64,000 nucleotides of DNA. It comes from Marsupella aquatica (taxonomy: Eukaryota; Plantae; Marchantiophyta). Positions within the stretch are counted from its first letter, which is position 1; every line of letters starts with the position of its first letter. The notes under the pieces are model-generated. The model was not told where the DNA came from and made no database searches. It saw nothing but the letters and a program-made list of their open reading frames with translations. Below are positions 26,380 to 39,151 of the stretch, piece by piece. The translations under genes were made by a program, and so were the position numbers. The stretch is taken from positions 5,629,079 to 5,693,078 of the forward strand of contig OZ316898.1 in assembly GCA_973895155.1 (NCBI GenBank), read 5' to 3'.

Positions 26380-28163
26380 ATGGCGATCGAAGAAGAGGGA
26401 TGTTTGTGTCGGCCAATCGGATTCCTACTGGGTCTGCCTTTCATGATACTGTCTGCACTTCTCTCTATCGTCGGCATTATTGTCTGGGTCATTGCGTAAG
26501 CTTCTAATCCCTCTTTTGCACGTTTGCACTGCTTGTGTCGTTTTGTTTTGAGAAAGCGCTTTTCAGAAGATCGACAGCCCCCTGTTAATCAATCCATATG
26601 CTGTACTTAGGTTGTTTAAGCCATAACTACCTTCCCCTTTCCTTTCCGGTAATGAGAACGCTCATTTGGACTTCCCCAGAGCACACACATCTCCCGCTGA
26701 TTGCACCGCAGTTCAAGCTTCCTGCACTTTTCTTCAGATATTAGGCAGTTCGATGAGCTCGTTAAGCTATCTGTCGCCTCTTTGGCTGACCACAAACTAT
26801 GGTGAGGGACTTCGAGTACAGTTTTTTTCCCATGACTCAATGGTCACTCGGAACATGAAATTGATCCGTTGATTTCGTTCGTTCATTCTATCAGTGTGTA
26901 AAGTAGAGCACGAGCGCCAGAAAGGATGGAATCCAGCGCTATTCAACTCCTACAGTGAGATTACAAGGGGGGATGAATGAATGGTTTTAAGGTCACGCCT
27001 CTTGTGCTAATACTCTTTTGGGCTAGTGTCCTCCCATTCCCTTGGTTCAATTTTTCCGATTGCATTATGGCGGGCAGCAGATTATTTTATTCCTGCGAGG
27101 ATAGGAACTAGGAACCAAGCTTCTCAGTATACCCACGCTGCCCAAGTTGCGACAATGGGTCACCAGCCTCTAGTGACTGGTAATTTTGTATACGCGGAAA
27201 GAGACAGACAGCGAGAGCACCGAAATCCACTTTTCTCGTAGGTGGAATGCTTGGGACGTCTTGCAGTGTAACAATGATTGCATTACTGCTCTTCCGGTAT
27301 TGTTAATGAGCATCTTCTCGTCTGTTCCGAGGGAGAGTGGTGTCAGTCCGACGCACTTACTTCGTAGCTTGTTAATTCGCTTGGGTACTTCGCGGGAAGA
27401 GGGAAGTCATTAGAACATCTTTTGCCACCGAGAATTTTTTCCCTTGGTACTTGAAGAGTTTCTAAATTGTTCAAGGGAGGGACAGTAAGCAGCCTTCAGA
27501 GATAACCATTGTAGATGACTAAGATTTACTGGGGACTGGGAAGTCAGTAGCCAATGTGGACGCTAAAGCAGAATACTTTAGAATGCAACGCCGTTTGGCT
27601 TTGTACTTCTACAGATCTTTGGAGAGCTACGATCATTGGTACCCGTAACTTCTCGGTGTACCCTTTCACGACTTACCCATCTAGCCAATGCTCTACCCTG
27701 GTCTGCGAACCCGATCAATAAGATCAGAGAAGGAGAAGCAGTAGTCCTCTTCAATGCGCGCTTGACAACGCACCCAATTCATATGTAGCAAACCTGAGGA
27801 CTTTCGAAACCGTCAGTTTGTGGATCCCATGATTTGCTCTTACTTTCTCTCTTAGCTAGAGAGCAGAACTCAGATGAGCTCGGGCATTGCAGGAACACTC
27901 CAAATCTATCGTCTGGGAGAGTTTTAGATGGACAGAAAGTGGACAGGATTATTTTTTCTTGTTGCCTTTCCCGGTTGTTGATGTTATCTGAGCTGTAAGA
28001 AATGTGTCTAACATTGGATGGCGTGGGGAATTTGTTCAGGACGCTGTTAATCTGTATTTTTCCATGTGGGGTATGCCTAGCGGCCGTCATCAGTTTCGCA
28101 ATTTACTTAATCAAGCTACCTATCCGGGTCATTACGTGGTTTACACGGTCTATACCATGTTGA
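26380..28163 (+). CDS. TAXIMIN-family cysteine-rich signalling peptide, 79 aa
   Basis: Exon 1 26380-26495 and exon 2 28040-28163 (phase 2, GT-AG) give [79 protein letters not shown]. The CRPxGFLxGLPF start and KLP..V..WFT..IPC end are TAXIMIN hallmarks. Not shown in the ORF track. Confidence 0.92.
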
Positions 28164-31100
28164 TCAGTCAATAAACTGGCGTTGCGGCAAGTGGTACCCG
28201 ATCAATAAGATCAGTGTCCCCCTGTTAGAGTCAAGTGCCTTTAGTGTGTTGCGTCCGACCTACCTGCCGGCCTGCCTGCAGCAAATCCAACGGGGAGGTT
28301 TCTTAACTTTTTAAAGTACTTTTTTTTTCAGTTTCTCGTTGCAGTTTTTTTTATCACATTATGTCAATGAAGAGCCCCGCAATTCAGCCACTTGAATTGC
28401 TTGTTGACAATCCTCTGGTGTGCCGACTCTGTTGGTTTTCAACTACGTGGGAGTCTCTTGGTAGTCGACCAACCTTCCTGAAAGGCAAGGAGAATGTTTA
28501 TTTTTCAAATTGTTGAAATGATGGGTTTTGGGATGTACTCTTAATCTTTTCGTCCTCTCGGTTCCAATCCTTTGTGGGAGAATCCTCTTCAGACGATGTT
28601 CGATTGTGAATGTCTGTACGAAGTCGTCTATCCGTTCTTGTTTTTCTACTGATTGGGATCGCAAATCGAATTTGAGAAATTGCCGTCCATTCCGAAATCT
28701 CATTTCAGCTCACTTCCTTCACATGTCCTTGATTAGCCCCCAAATCGTTTTAATAGCTCATAGCTGCTTGTGCATTTGGATTGTGTTGATAATTTGGCTA
28801 AGTCCTTCAATCAGAAACAATCTTTCTAAGTTTTCAATCACACTGTCAAAAGTGCCACAATCGCTTCTCAAGTTTGTAACTCATCCCTTCTGAGATGCAA
28901 AATGGTTCACCATGGGGGTATTTGGCCTTGGCCTACTCTCAGCTGGGATCTTCAGTTTCGCCAATGCAATGAACTCAGTTATGAGCCTACAATTGGAGTC
29001 TCGTATGTGCCCTGGAGAGACCCCTTCTCAGTCTTCTTAGTATTGTTGTCCTATGCCAAATCCTGTTCTGGAAATTTTCATCGATTTATGGGTTCTTCCT
29101 CTTCTCCCTCTCAAAATCAGCTGTCGTCTGAGTATCACAATTAATAAGTGATCAGACTGATTAACACGGCACAATCTTCCGTGGACAGTCCCAACAGTTC
29201 ACTCAAAACTTTCGAAAGTTTGACACATGAGATGGGAGAGGATTACCACGTACAAGGGTGTTTGAAAGTTCACTGGGCAATACCTTACATGTCCAAAAGG
29301 CTAATGCGTTCCTCAAAATGCATAATATTCATAACAGTATGTTTACTATACTGAGTCACTAGATTGGACGTCCATCAAGTGTCCTACAACAATGGCGAAT
29401 CTATATTATTAATTGCAAAGCACACCCCTAGACAGTGGACACCATATATGGATCATGATAAATCTGGTTATTTTCATTAAATCAATGGTTATTTTAGTTA
29501 AATCAATGAATGCACACCAGATATTACCACATTTTGATGTGTGAATAGATGGAGGGCAAATAAATGGGTCTTGGTACTTGCACATAAAAATATGACATCT
29601 ATGACGCAAGACATTACTACTCATTATTTTCTTTCAATCAATAAGTGCACATTGTATACTATCACATTTTGATGTGTGATTACCAAGGCTCAAATAAAGG
29701 CAGGTATAATGAAATTTATTGCTTTACATTTGACAAGTCTTAGCTATGGCCTTCCCATGCATGGCTTCAGCAACAATACCAAGTATGACGGAGATCTAAA
29801 CTCTATTGAAATGGACAATCTGCTGAAAACTAAACTCAGAAAGAAAGGGTCGGGATCGCCTGCCAAGTTTTGTCACTCCTGGTGGCACTTTCCTGGGCAC
29901 TGTGGATGAATAGAAGGTAAACCAAGGTTTGCAAAATGATTCGTTCCGGGCTTTATTTTTTTGAGACCAATCAGAGAGGCCTCTTGGGCGGGCCTTTATG
30001 AGCCAAAGAAGTTGGGGAATCCAGGACACTGACAATGGCGAACCTTGTATTGTCTTTGCCTTCACCTTAGGCCAAAGGTTAGGCTACATACCTGCAGCAG
30101 TGGAGGAAGTGGGTGACAGACTGGTCCTTAAAGCTCTCCTTAAAATTCTTTTCTGAAATTTGAAGAGCTTAGTAGCCCATGTTGTGGGAGGCAGAGAGTG
30201 TAGTGTGAAGATGTAATGGGGCACTCACGAGTAAAAGCTCTGGGTCAAATGCTCACTGGTTTAGTATTCACACTATATAAACTTAAACTTAGAAAGCCCG
30301 GCTCAGGGTTAAATGACGGCCATGCCGTTCCACATAGGCATTGCCGCCAATGCCTCAGGCTGACTAGGCTTGGGCTCAGATTCTTCGAGACAATGTCATC
30401 ATAGGAGGGCTTTGTGATGCACAAGGTTCCCTAAGGAATGGACAAGTAAGGGAGGGCTCAATGGTTCAAACTTACTATTCAAATATGGTAGGGGTGTGTC
30501 TATGGTGTTACTACATCATAGTGTGTAAAATAAGACCACCAATTTGCGAGTGAAGACTCAATATCCAAGGATGTACACTAGTAGGGGAAACTCACTCTTT
30601 TGAGGAGAATACCTCATAACTTATGTCAGGTACTATATAACTACATGATCTCTGCTTGTTGGTAACAATGGCATCGCTTTGCTTGGCAACAACAACGGTA
30701 TAAAAGTTATATAAGAACAGTTTGGAAATGTAATAGAATTTATGAGTTTAGAAAAGCACACTCTCAACGGTATTCATTGAGCTATGGGACCAACGTATTT
30801 ATCAGTGATCTTGTAGAGTTAAATAGCTTCTTTTTGCAAGATTACTATTTTACTATTTGAGCATATTATTTATGGTTTTGTGCCTAGATTAGATCTGGGC
30901 CCGTCAGATTTGTATGGTCAAATGCTAAGATAGCTAAGGGAATAGTCAACCAGATTTTATACATTCACAATTGTACAAATGATAGCCCTTGTTGAACCTT
31001 CATGACTTTCCTGTACACTGAAGCTGAGGATCACATGGGTTTTGAATAAAAATCTTGACTTCCACACAAAGAGCAGTTTGGGATCTAATGCAAGCTTTAA

Positions 31101-34100
31101 AGGTTTAGATGGAGATCTCATCCAAGATATAATGTATAATATTCTTGATAAAAAAATCTCAAAATTCTAAATTAAGAAAACACTTAGGATGTGAATGTAA
31201 TTAGTACACTGCTATGTTCATAATTGCCATACAATTTAACCCTAACCTTGGCTTTTTGTCAAGAGGAATGAAGAAATTAAGATAGAAATCCCATTATCAA
31301 ATTTGACTTATGCACTGGTGATATTGTAGTAGGGAAAGCTAAGTTGAATTTGTTGGATGGACTTGACCAGGTCTCTCCTTGCGTGTTGTTGCCCTTGCGG
31401 TATATGCTTGGCTGCAGCTCTGTCAATGGCAAATTGCTTGATCAGAATGCCTGTGTCCCTTGCCTCATGGTTCACACGGAGGATTCCATGTTGACCATAA
31501 CCATTCATGTTGAATATAACAATAATAATTGGTCCACTTTCATGAATGAAGCAGGCATTTGATTTGTTCCAATTGTCAGTATTCAGCAACAAAAGTTTTC
31601 AGGCGTTCCCACTAATTAAACCACATGTGCGTGATACAAGGGGCCTGCCACTAACCTACTACCCTTTATTTGCTTAGGTGGACACTAGACCTACCCTGCA
31701 AGCTCTCCCATTCACTTCCCATCATAGTCCCTTAATATACTAATATGTTTTTCTGACTATTTCTTAAAAACATGAACCTTTTTTAAATGCAATTTTTTGT
31801 GGATCGAGAACTACGTTTTGGGCAGCAGATCACCCCCTAAGGTGAACCAATGAAATGACGCTGAAGCTCAAATTCCTAAAAAAACATGTTCTCATTAGTA
31901 TACACAAATTTACTCTACGCAAAATGAGTACTCTAGGCTACCCCGAGTAATAGATGTAGGAACTGGTGGCCTTATAGGATGTAAAATGTTTACTATATAT
32001 CCCCAGGATCCCCAAATGCTGTGTGTGTAGGCAAAGCTTGTATAGTCCAAGTACCTGCAGGCATAATTAAAACACAAGATTCCCTAGATCCTTTCGAAGC
32101 AAAACGTTTGAGATGGAGAAGCCATCCAAACTTATAGCACAGTTTTGTATTGATACAAGAATGGAAAGGGTAAATGTTGAAATATATATAATATAATATA
32201 GTATGTTATAATATAGACATTTTCTGGTAATTCGTTAAAGCAGCTCCATCCCTACTTCCCCTGAAGATGCAAAAGCAAAAAATTGAGATTGGATCTACAA
32301 CCATGAACTTATGTAAGGCTTGTCATTAAAAGTGGTCCATGGGATCTTTTGACCAAATTCTTGGTCCACGGGAGCTTCAAATTTTTTGTTTATGTTCGTT
32401 AGCAGCTTGACAACTAAAGAGAATCAAGATGAAGAGTATAGGTAGGGACAACAAGAAGTATTGTAGACACGAAGTGACCTCCTTGAAGCTGTAGCGTACG
32501 AAACCCTTGGCCAGCATTTACGAGAACAGGCACCAGGTAGGATCGTGCTTCTCTCATAGTTGATAGGGAGTACAAGTCTAGTTGACTAATTCTTTTGGTT
32601 GATCAATGCTAGTTCCAATACTGCAGATTCCTCGGACTGTCTTGTCTTCCAATTTTCTAGGATGATATAGAAAATTGCCCATTCAGTCCACTACTTCAGC
32701 TACTATCTTGTCTTCCAATTTTCTATGATGACAAGAAAAATTGCCCATTCACTTGAATGGATCCACTAGTTCTCACACTGCAACACTCTGTTTTGACTGG
32801 GGACTATGCAACACTCTGTTTTGACTAGGGACTAGAGAGTGCAGGGACGCTAACTTGTAGTCAACGCAGCAACCGATTCATGAAGTGTTTACATGAATCT
32901 CCCAAACATAGCATTCACAAACACAGGTTCTTGCAGTCTGCATGCTGAAAACTCTCAAACTCTATTCAAACTTTCGTTCACTCCTGCAAAACTCAGTGAA
33001 GGTCAATTCAAACTTTAACCCATCCAAGCCTTTGAAGGTTCTACTCTCGAAATCTCCCAGCCCATAAAAACTTGTGCACGACAAAGCTAGATGGCTTCTT
33101 TCTCAGACCTACAGTAAGTTGGTGAGCAAATGAGAGAGGTGCTTTGAGAAGTTCAACTCTCTCAGAACGCGGGTGCCGAAGTTCTTCAGCTGAGATTCGC
33201 GAAGATTAAGTGGTCAGCGCTACCTGAAAGAGTCTATACTAGTGCATCAAATTATGTCCGAAATTGTACAGTAAGACATCCACTGCAACCTTACCTGAGC
33301 CTCAGAATTCAGTTCTCTTCCGCCGTCAGCTACAGCTGTCTATTAGCCACTTGAGACCCGTTCAACTTAATCAGATAAATGAGGCACAGTCGGCCTAGCT
33401 CTAGTTTGAAGAGCTTGTCGGGGGCAAACTAGAACCTGCAACGAAACCTTACCAAATTTTTCTACGTGTGCAAGCTTCATACTAGTACACTTCCCACAGT
33501 CTCCCCTGCTGGTGGCTGTTGCATGCCAATGCAAATAGCCGGAATATTACAGAAACTTATCGAGACCCACATGGGTCCAATTTAAATAACTTCACTGGAG
33601 GTCTCCTTTCCAATTCTTCCTCACAAATCCGAGCAGTACCAAGTTCGACCTTAGCATCACACCTAGTCAGACGGAACAAAATTTCAAACCCACTTCTTAC
33701 TTATCAATCGCAGCATCCCACAGTGACCGCTGAATAGTTTTGGCAAATGCAGTCAGCTACAATAAACGCAGCTGCCAATGGGGGCTACACGCTTAGATCG
33801 AGAATCAATTTGATGAGCAGCAACTGGAGCCGTCCTCTTCTCTCCTCTCCATTACAAGCTGCAGCATTGCCTCCTCATGCCGTTCATTTTCTTGAGCTGA
33901 TGTAAACAATGTTCCTGTCTCCCCCATTGTGCGTCCATGGGGCAAAGCCATCGACCGGGAGACAAGGACAGTCCTTCCATTCCCTGGCTATACTGACGGG
34001 TCATTGACACCCACCATCTCTGCAGGTGTGCATCATTCTCTCAGCTCGAAAGAGTCTTCTTTATAAAACAAGGGTCACTACAGACCATACTGAGTACTTC

Positions 34101-34315
34101 AAGTTAGTACACCTTCGTATAGAAATGCTCTCGTATAGAAGTGCTCTCGACATCCTTTCATCCATCCATCCATTCAATATGCAGAGTTATTATATTACAC
34201 GTCTAGTGCATACGATACCAGACAGGCGAGGAAGGCTGCAGGTCTAATGGATGCATGGATGGCACAAAGTTAAGCAGCAGCCTGGAGGACATTTTCATCA
34301 TCAATTGGACTCAGA

Positions 34316-35608
34316 CTAAACTGCTGCAAAGGGACTCAAGCCAGGCTGAAAGGAAGAAGCACTCCATTTGTATTTCCTGTCAGAAGCAGTCGTGGCAGCG
34401 ATCCTGTCATTAGCGGCTGGGTAAGGACCGACACTCGCTGCTTGAGGGGCACGGAAACAACTCCACTCCTCGTCATGCACGTTGTAAGCGAGAACTCGAT
34501 CTTGGCTCCCTTCTTCCATACCGAAGAAGATGCAACTCCCATCACTAACGGCTTGAGTACTGATGTGTCCCATATTGAGATGAGCAGGAGGGCCCCTCGC
34601 TATCTCCAGAAACTTCCGCGATTTCAGATCAACCCTCAGCACCAGCTGATTCCGCTGATGGAAACCCTCCGTCACGATCAACAGCAGACTTCCTTTGCAA
34701 ACCACCAGATTGACCGAAATGATCCGCATTGCATTCACGAACAGCATTTTGAGCTCCTCAAATGTCCCAGTATCCACATTGAAAGCCAGCAGATCCCGTG
34801 GATTATCGTCCGCCACCATGTACAGAATTCCATCGAAGTACGCGGCAGTGGTCAGCCGGAAGAAGTCACTCGATATGACGATCTTCTTGCCGCTCCATCC
34901 ATCTGAATTTGAATCATAGATCTGAGCTGAATACCGATCAAACTGGTCATTGCGGTGTTCTCGACAGATAACAACCACCTTATATGAAGAGGACGACTCC
35001 TTCGCGTCATTCACTGAATCCAATGACGACGATTCGGGATGGCTCGGCGTCACCACGAGCTTATTACAGAGGTCAACACTCACTTTTGCGTTGGGGCGTG
35101 GCGGCAGTTGTTTCCAGCTCCGACTGAGAATGTTGGCCACGTAGTACTCCTTTTTGCGGGTCCTGGTTTCTGGGCGAGCGAACCCGTAAAGGAAAGGTCC
35201 TTGAATCTGCAGATTGGACCTGGCCAAGACCAGATTCTCTGGAAGATGAGTGAGGGATGGCATTCTTCGCCAATTGTGTGACTTCCTATCGTAAGCTATG
35301 AAATTCTCCTTGCCGAGGAAGACAGGGCAGAACGTCTCCCAATTAGTCTCGGACCAGTTGCACAGCTGCCTCTGGAATGAGTGCCTCTCGGCGTTTCTTA
35401 CATCCGGTACCGATGACGTCCTTTTCACTGGTGACAACTTAGCTAACCATGATTTCGAGAGCGCGGTAGCTTTGAAAACCTCTGGAAAAGGCATCATTGA
35501 CACAATCCGTTCCACCAAGTCCTCCGGTATCGTCTTGCTCGCCACCACAGCCTCGTCCTCTTTTCTCTCCATCGATTCGGTTGATTCCAAAGAGTGTAAT
35601 GTTTCCAT
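34316..35608 (-). CDS. Intronless F-box protein with a C-terminal beta-propeller (kelch/FBA-like) region, ~430 aa
   Basis: Long uninterrupted ORF, first ATG at 35608. F-box motif IPEDLVERIVSMMPFPEVFKATALSKSW, then YVANILSRSWKQLPP, YKVVVI, AQIYDSNSDGW and VLAYNVHDEEW propeller-type repeats. Confidence 0.9.
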   Translation of the reverse strand: METLHSLESTESMERKEDEAVVASKTIPEDLVERIVSMMPFPEVFKATALSKSWLAKLSPVKRTSSVPDVRNAERHSFQRQLCNWSETNWETFCPVFLGKENFIAYDRKSHNWRRMPSLTHLPENLVLARSNLQIQGPFLYGFARPETRTRKKEYYVANILSRSWKQLPPRPNAKVSVDLCNKLVVTPSHPESSSLDSVNDAKESSSSYKVVVICREHRNDQFDRYSAQIYDSNSDGWSGKKIVISSDFFRLTTAAYFDGILYMVADDNPRDLLAFNVDTGTFEELKMLFVNAMRIISVNLVVCKGSLLLIVTEGFHQRNQLVLRVDLKSRKFLEIARGPPAHLNMGHISTQAVSDGSCIFFGMEEGSQDRVLAYNVHDEEWSCFRAPQAASVGPYPAANDRIAATTASDRKYKWSASSFQPGLSPFAAV

Positions 35609-37620
35609 GACTATGCTGACTTTGTAGCAACCGAACCGCACACCGTAATTAAAGAAGTCCTCTCAACGCCAGGCTAGGCCAGGCCAGAGACGACGAACTT
35701 CCCAACGCATAGCTTCCCCCGAAATTGTAGATCCGCCGATCACGTTTGTGAGAGAGACCTGAGGACTAAATCACTCACCCACCGAAGCCCCCTGGCTGAG
35801 CTGGGCCAGAATACTTGCCATTCAACAAACGCATGTGAGCAAGCTTTGTTCGATTCTACTCGTGGCAGCATGACGCTCGCTCGCCCTTTAAATTATTAAC
35901 TGGTACGGACCTTGAATCCAATCGAATTCCACCCCATCCAGAACAATTCAGTCCTCTCAATTCCTCCTGAGTTGTCATCCGACGCGGACAACTTCAATGG
36001 AATCCAATACACTAAAAAAGTGGACTCCTATATAATCGATCAACAACTCCCAATGTTACGAATGGGCGCGGCAGCAGCCCCCACTCCGCTCCGCTCTCCC
36101 AGGCTCTGCTATGTTCTGAAGTGATCTGTTCTTCACTTCATTCATTTTATTCGAGAAACAAATCGGCCCTGTGCTACTGGAACTCTCCTCCTGCTGATAG
36201 TGACGATGAGAAGTAGTTCGCTGAAATAATTCCTATTATTGTGCCCTGCTGCTGTGCTTGTCCTTGACCCGCTCCTGCTCCTGCCCTGTACAGCCCGTGG
36301 TCATCGTTGTCGCCTTGCGTGCTCGTACAATTGGCGATGGCGAAAGCTGACTCGTGCTTGAAGAGGTGGACTAAAAGTAAGGCCATGGACGCCGCTTCGA
36401 TTCCGATTTGATTTGATTGGATGAAAATTTTGTTCTCGGTGACGACGAGAGCCCGATCCCACCGTTGCGCCGCGCCTAATTGTGGTCACAAACTGATGCA
36501 CGGATTCCAGCGACACCTCTTCAACAAGGCCGGACCCCGAAAAAGCGCTGAACAGCAGCGAGGCAGAGCTAGTCTAGTGACAAAATAGTACCGAGCTGAG
36601 AAACATCAATACTCCTCCTCCTCCTCCTCCTCGTCCGCAAAGCTCCTCATCTGCATAGTCAATCAGTGGAGCAAACGCGCAACCACTAGCGCCCTCTCAC
36701 CACGCCGAACCACTCCTCGTGCATGTCAACAGCGGACAAGAAGCAGACGCATGGCATCAAATCACAGATCAATCAAGCAAAGCAAAACAACGAGCGAACG
36801 CCATTCTATTTCGTTCCAGCGAAGTCATCACAGCTCCTCCAGCATCACCACCATCGTCATCGTCATCGAACCACAACAGCCTGGTACAGTACCACCACTG
36901 CAACTTGATTATCGGACTCCCTAAAGCATCGACAAGTTGCGTAATGGCGGGGACTAACGGAATCTTTTCAATGTCCCGATACTGTAGCGATCTTCTCTAG
37001 AAACTCTATTCAATGGCGGCATTGGAAGTATAGAAACAACATTGGACCCAGCATTGAAATTGTAGAAACAACATTAAACCCAAGATTAAACCGAGCTTTT
37101 GTGCAACGAATGTGCTGAGATTGTGATGAAGAGCAACAACATCACCAGTCAAGACCCATTTTAGAGAAGAAAGAATGTTCCAATTCATAATTGCACAGCA
37201 ACGACAACTGCGCTCTGACCACAGTCCTTGGCGAGGTCGGTATCGACGGGCAGGGCACGGTACGACTACCATAGTAAGATGTTCTGTAGAATCAGGTCCG
37301 GGATTTACCTAGTCCACGAAAATTGAATTTCGTAATATTTCAGGACCAATCAAAATGATGTGTGATGTTTTTATCGGGATCTAAAGAAACCTCTTGACAA
37401 AAGTAATTTTTTGTGTTGTAGTAACAGTACCAGTACGGAACCAAATCTGCAAATTATGGTATATGAGACTTTTATTGATTGGATGTTTTAAGGCCAATCA
37501 AAATTATCTTTGATTTTTTAATTAGCGTGTAAAGAACACTCTGGACACGTGCCTTATAGAGGGTTAGCCAGCTGGTACCCTTGGCAAGGCTCTGGGCTTT
37601 AAATTGTGAGTGTCCCTTGA

Positions 37621-39151
37621 GATATAGCTTAATAGACCCCCAAACAACTATTTCTTGCTTGATCTAACTTTGAAGTTCATTTTTTTACAGGATCCAACCT
37701 CCTCTAACATTTTCTTAAGGCTATGTCATTCTTGTGAGGAGCCCCGATCAACCTCCTGTGACAATTTCTTACAGGCTATGTCATTCTTGTGAGGAGCACT
37801 ATTGGGGGACTTTACCATGGTGAGCTCTAATTTGCTATGATATGAGCCTCTGTTACGCCGCAATTGTGTCGAGATAGCAGTCCCGCCCACAATCTGCGCA
37901 TGATAAGTATGGCATTTGATGCAATCCTGGGTACTTTAGTGTTTGAAGACAAAACTAGTACACTGTCTTCAGTAGTTTAGGGGTTAGGTCTTCACTAGTC
38001 TGAAATTCAGAGGTAGTAAAGCTGAGCTGCTACCTCCATACTGTTCATAGTTGCTTTGTTGAGAATCTTCATCAATGCATTCCATGAGGGATAAATTGTT
38101 CCTGGATCTCCGCCACAGAAAATGCTTTGCTGAATTTCTTTGACACCTATTAGCTAAATCTTCACACTTGTGTTCAGAAATTATTAAAAAATTCAGAGTT
38201 TATATCACAGGACATTAATGATAGCCAAGAATCCAAACATCTGTCAAAATGTCAAATTCTTCAAAATACTTGAAACTTTTGCCCTTTTGAATTTGAGTTG
38301 CCTTTGTCTCCACTGTCAGCAATTATAGACACTTTTGCATTATGGATTTCTCAACAAAGCAAAGGTGAACATAGGCTGATTGGAAGTGGATACACAAGAA
38401 TAAACAATAAAATATCAAGAATGATTGATGATGACGTCAAATTCTTACACACCCTTTGTGGCCTTTCCCATTAATTATCCTAGCCACATCCTAAATCCAT
38501 GTGCAATTGTGTTTCGTGTTTTGGCACTCTCTATCCTGTGGTAGTAACCAGTCACATTCACAACTTCCAGTTCACACAGATCCCTCTACCCCAAAGATGC
38601 ATAATTGCATTGTCCCATCCAAAATCTGATATCCCTAACTGTACCTCACAACACTACAGTGTCATCCAGATTGCATGTGAACATTGACAAAAAGGCACTG
38701 AGTCTCCCAATGACCTCTTGTATGATAGATTCAATTCCCCAAACCTCATGACAGACAAGTTTTTGTGACAGAATGTGAGACAAGATCATCCTACCATATT
38801 TTGTGAGGACAATTCAATAATAAACATCTAAACACATTACAAAGATATATATTGTCTTCAAATTATTTATGAGATCCTTGGTAGTTACCCTCTCAGACCG
38901 CCCTAAACCAATAGGTTGACAATTTGGCCAAGTTGCTTGCACCCATGGACAGGTTCGGGTAGACTGCAGTTGCAATACACGATTATGTCATGAACTGGGT
39001 TCTCATTCTCATATGCCATAGTACACAGAACAATGCCCCATACACGAACATGTCACCATAAATTATCTGACGGGGTCAATTGGGTAACAAATGGACTTTG
39101 GGGGCCAATCAAGCAAGAAATTGTTCTTTGAGGGTCCATTAAGCATATACC
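37621..39151. mobile_element. Non-autonomous TIR DNA transposon (MULE/MITE-like), ~1.5 kb
   Basis: Left end gatatagcttaatagacccccaaacaactatttcttgcttgat matches the reverse complement of the right end, ggtatatgcttaatggaccctcaaagaacaatttcttgcttgat. The imperfect TIR extends about 75 bp. TSD not resolved. Confidence 0.65.

Noticed and set aside
34442-35627. Plus-strand ORFs opposite the F-box gene
   Set aside because: Antisense shadows of a real CDS.
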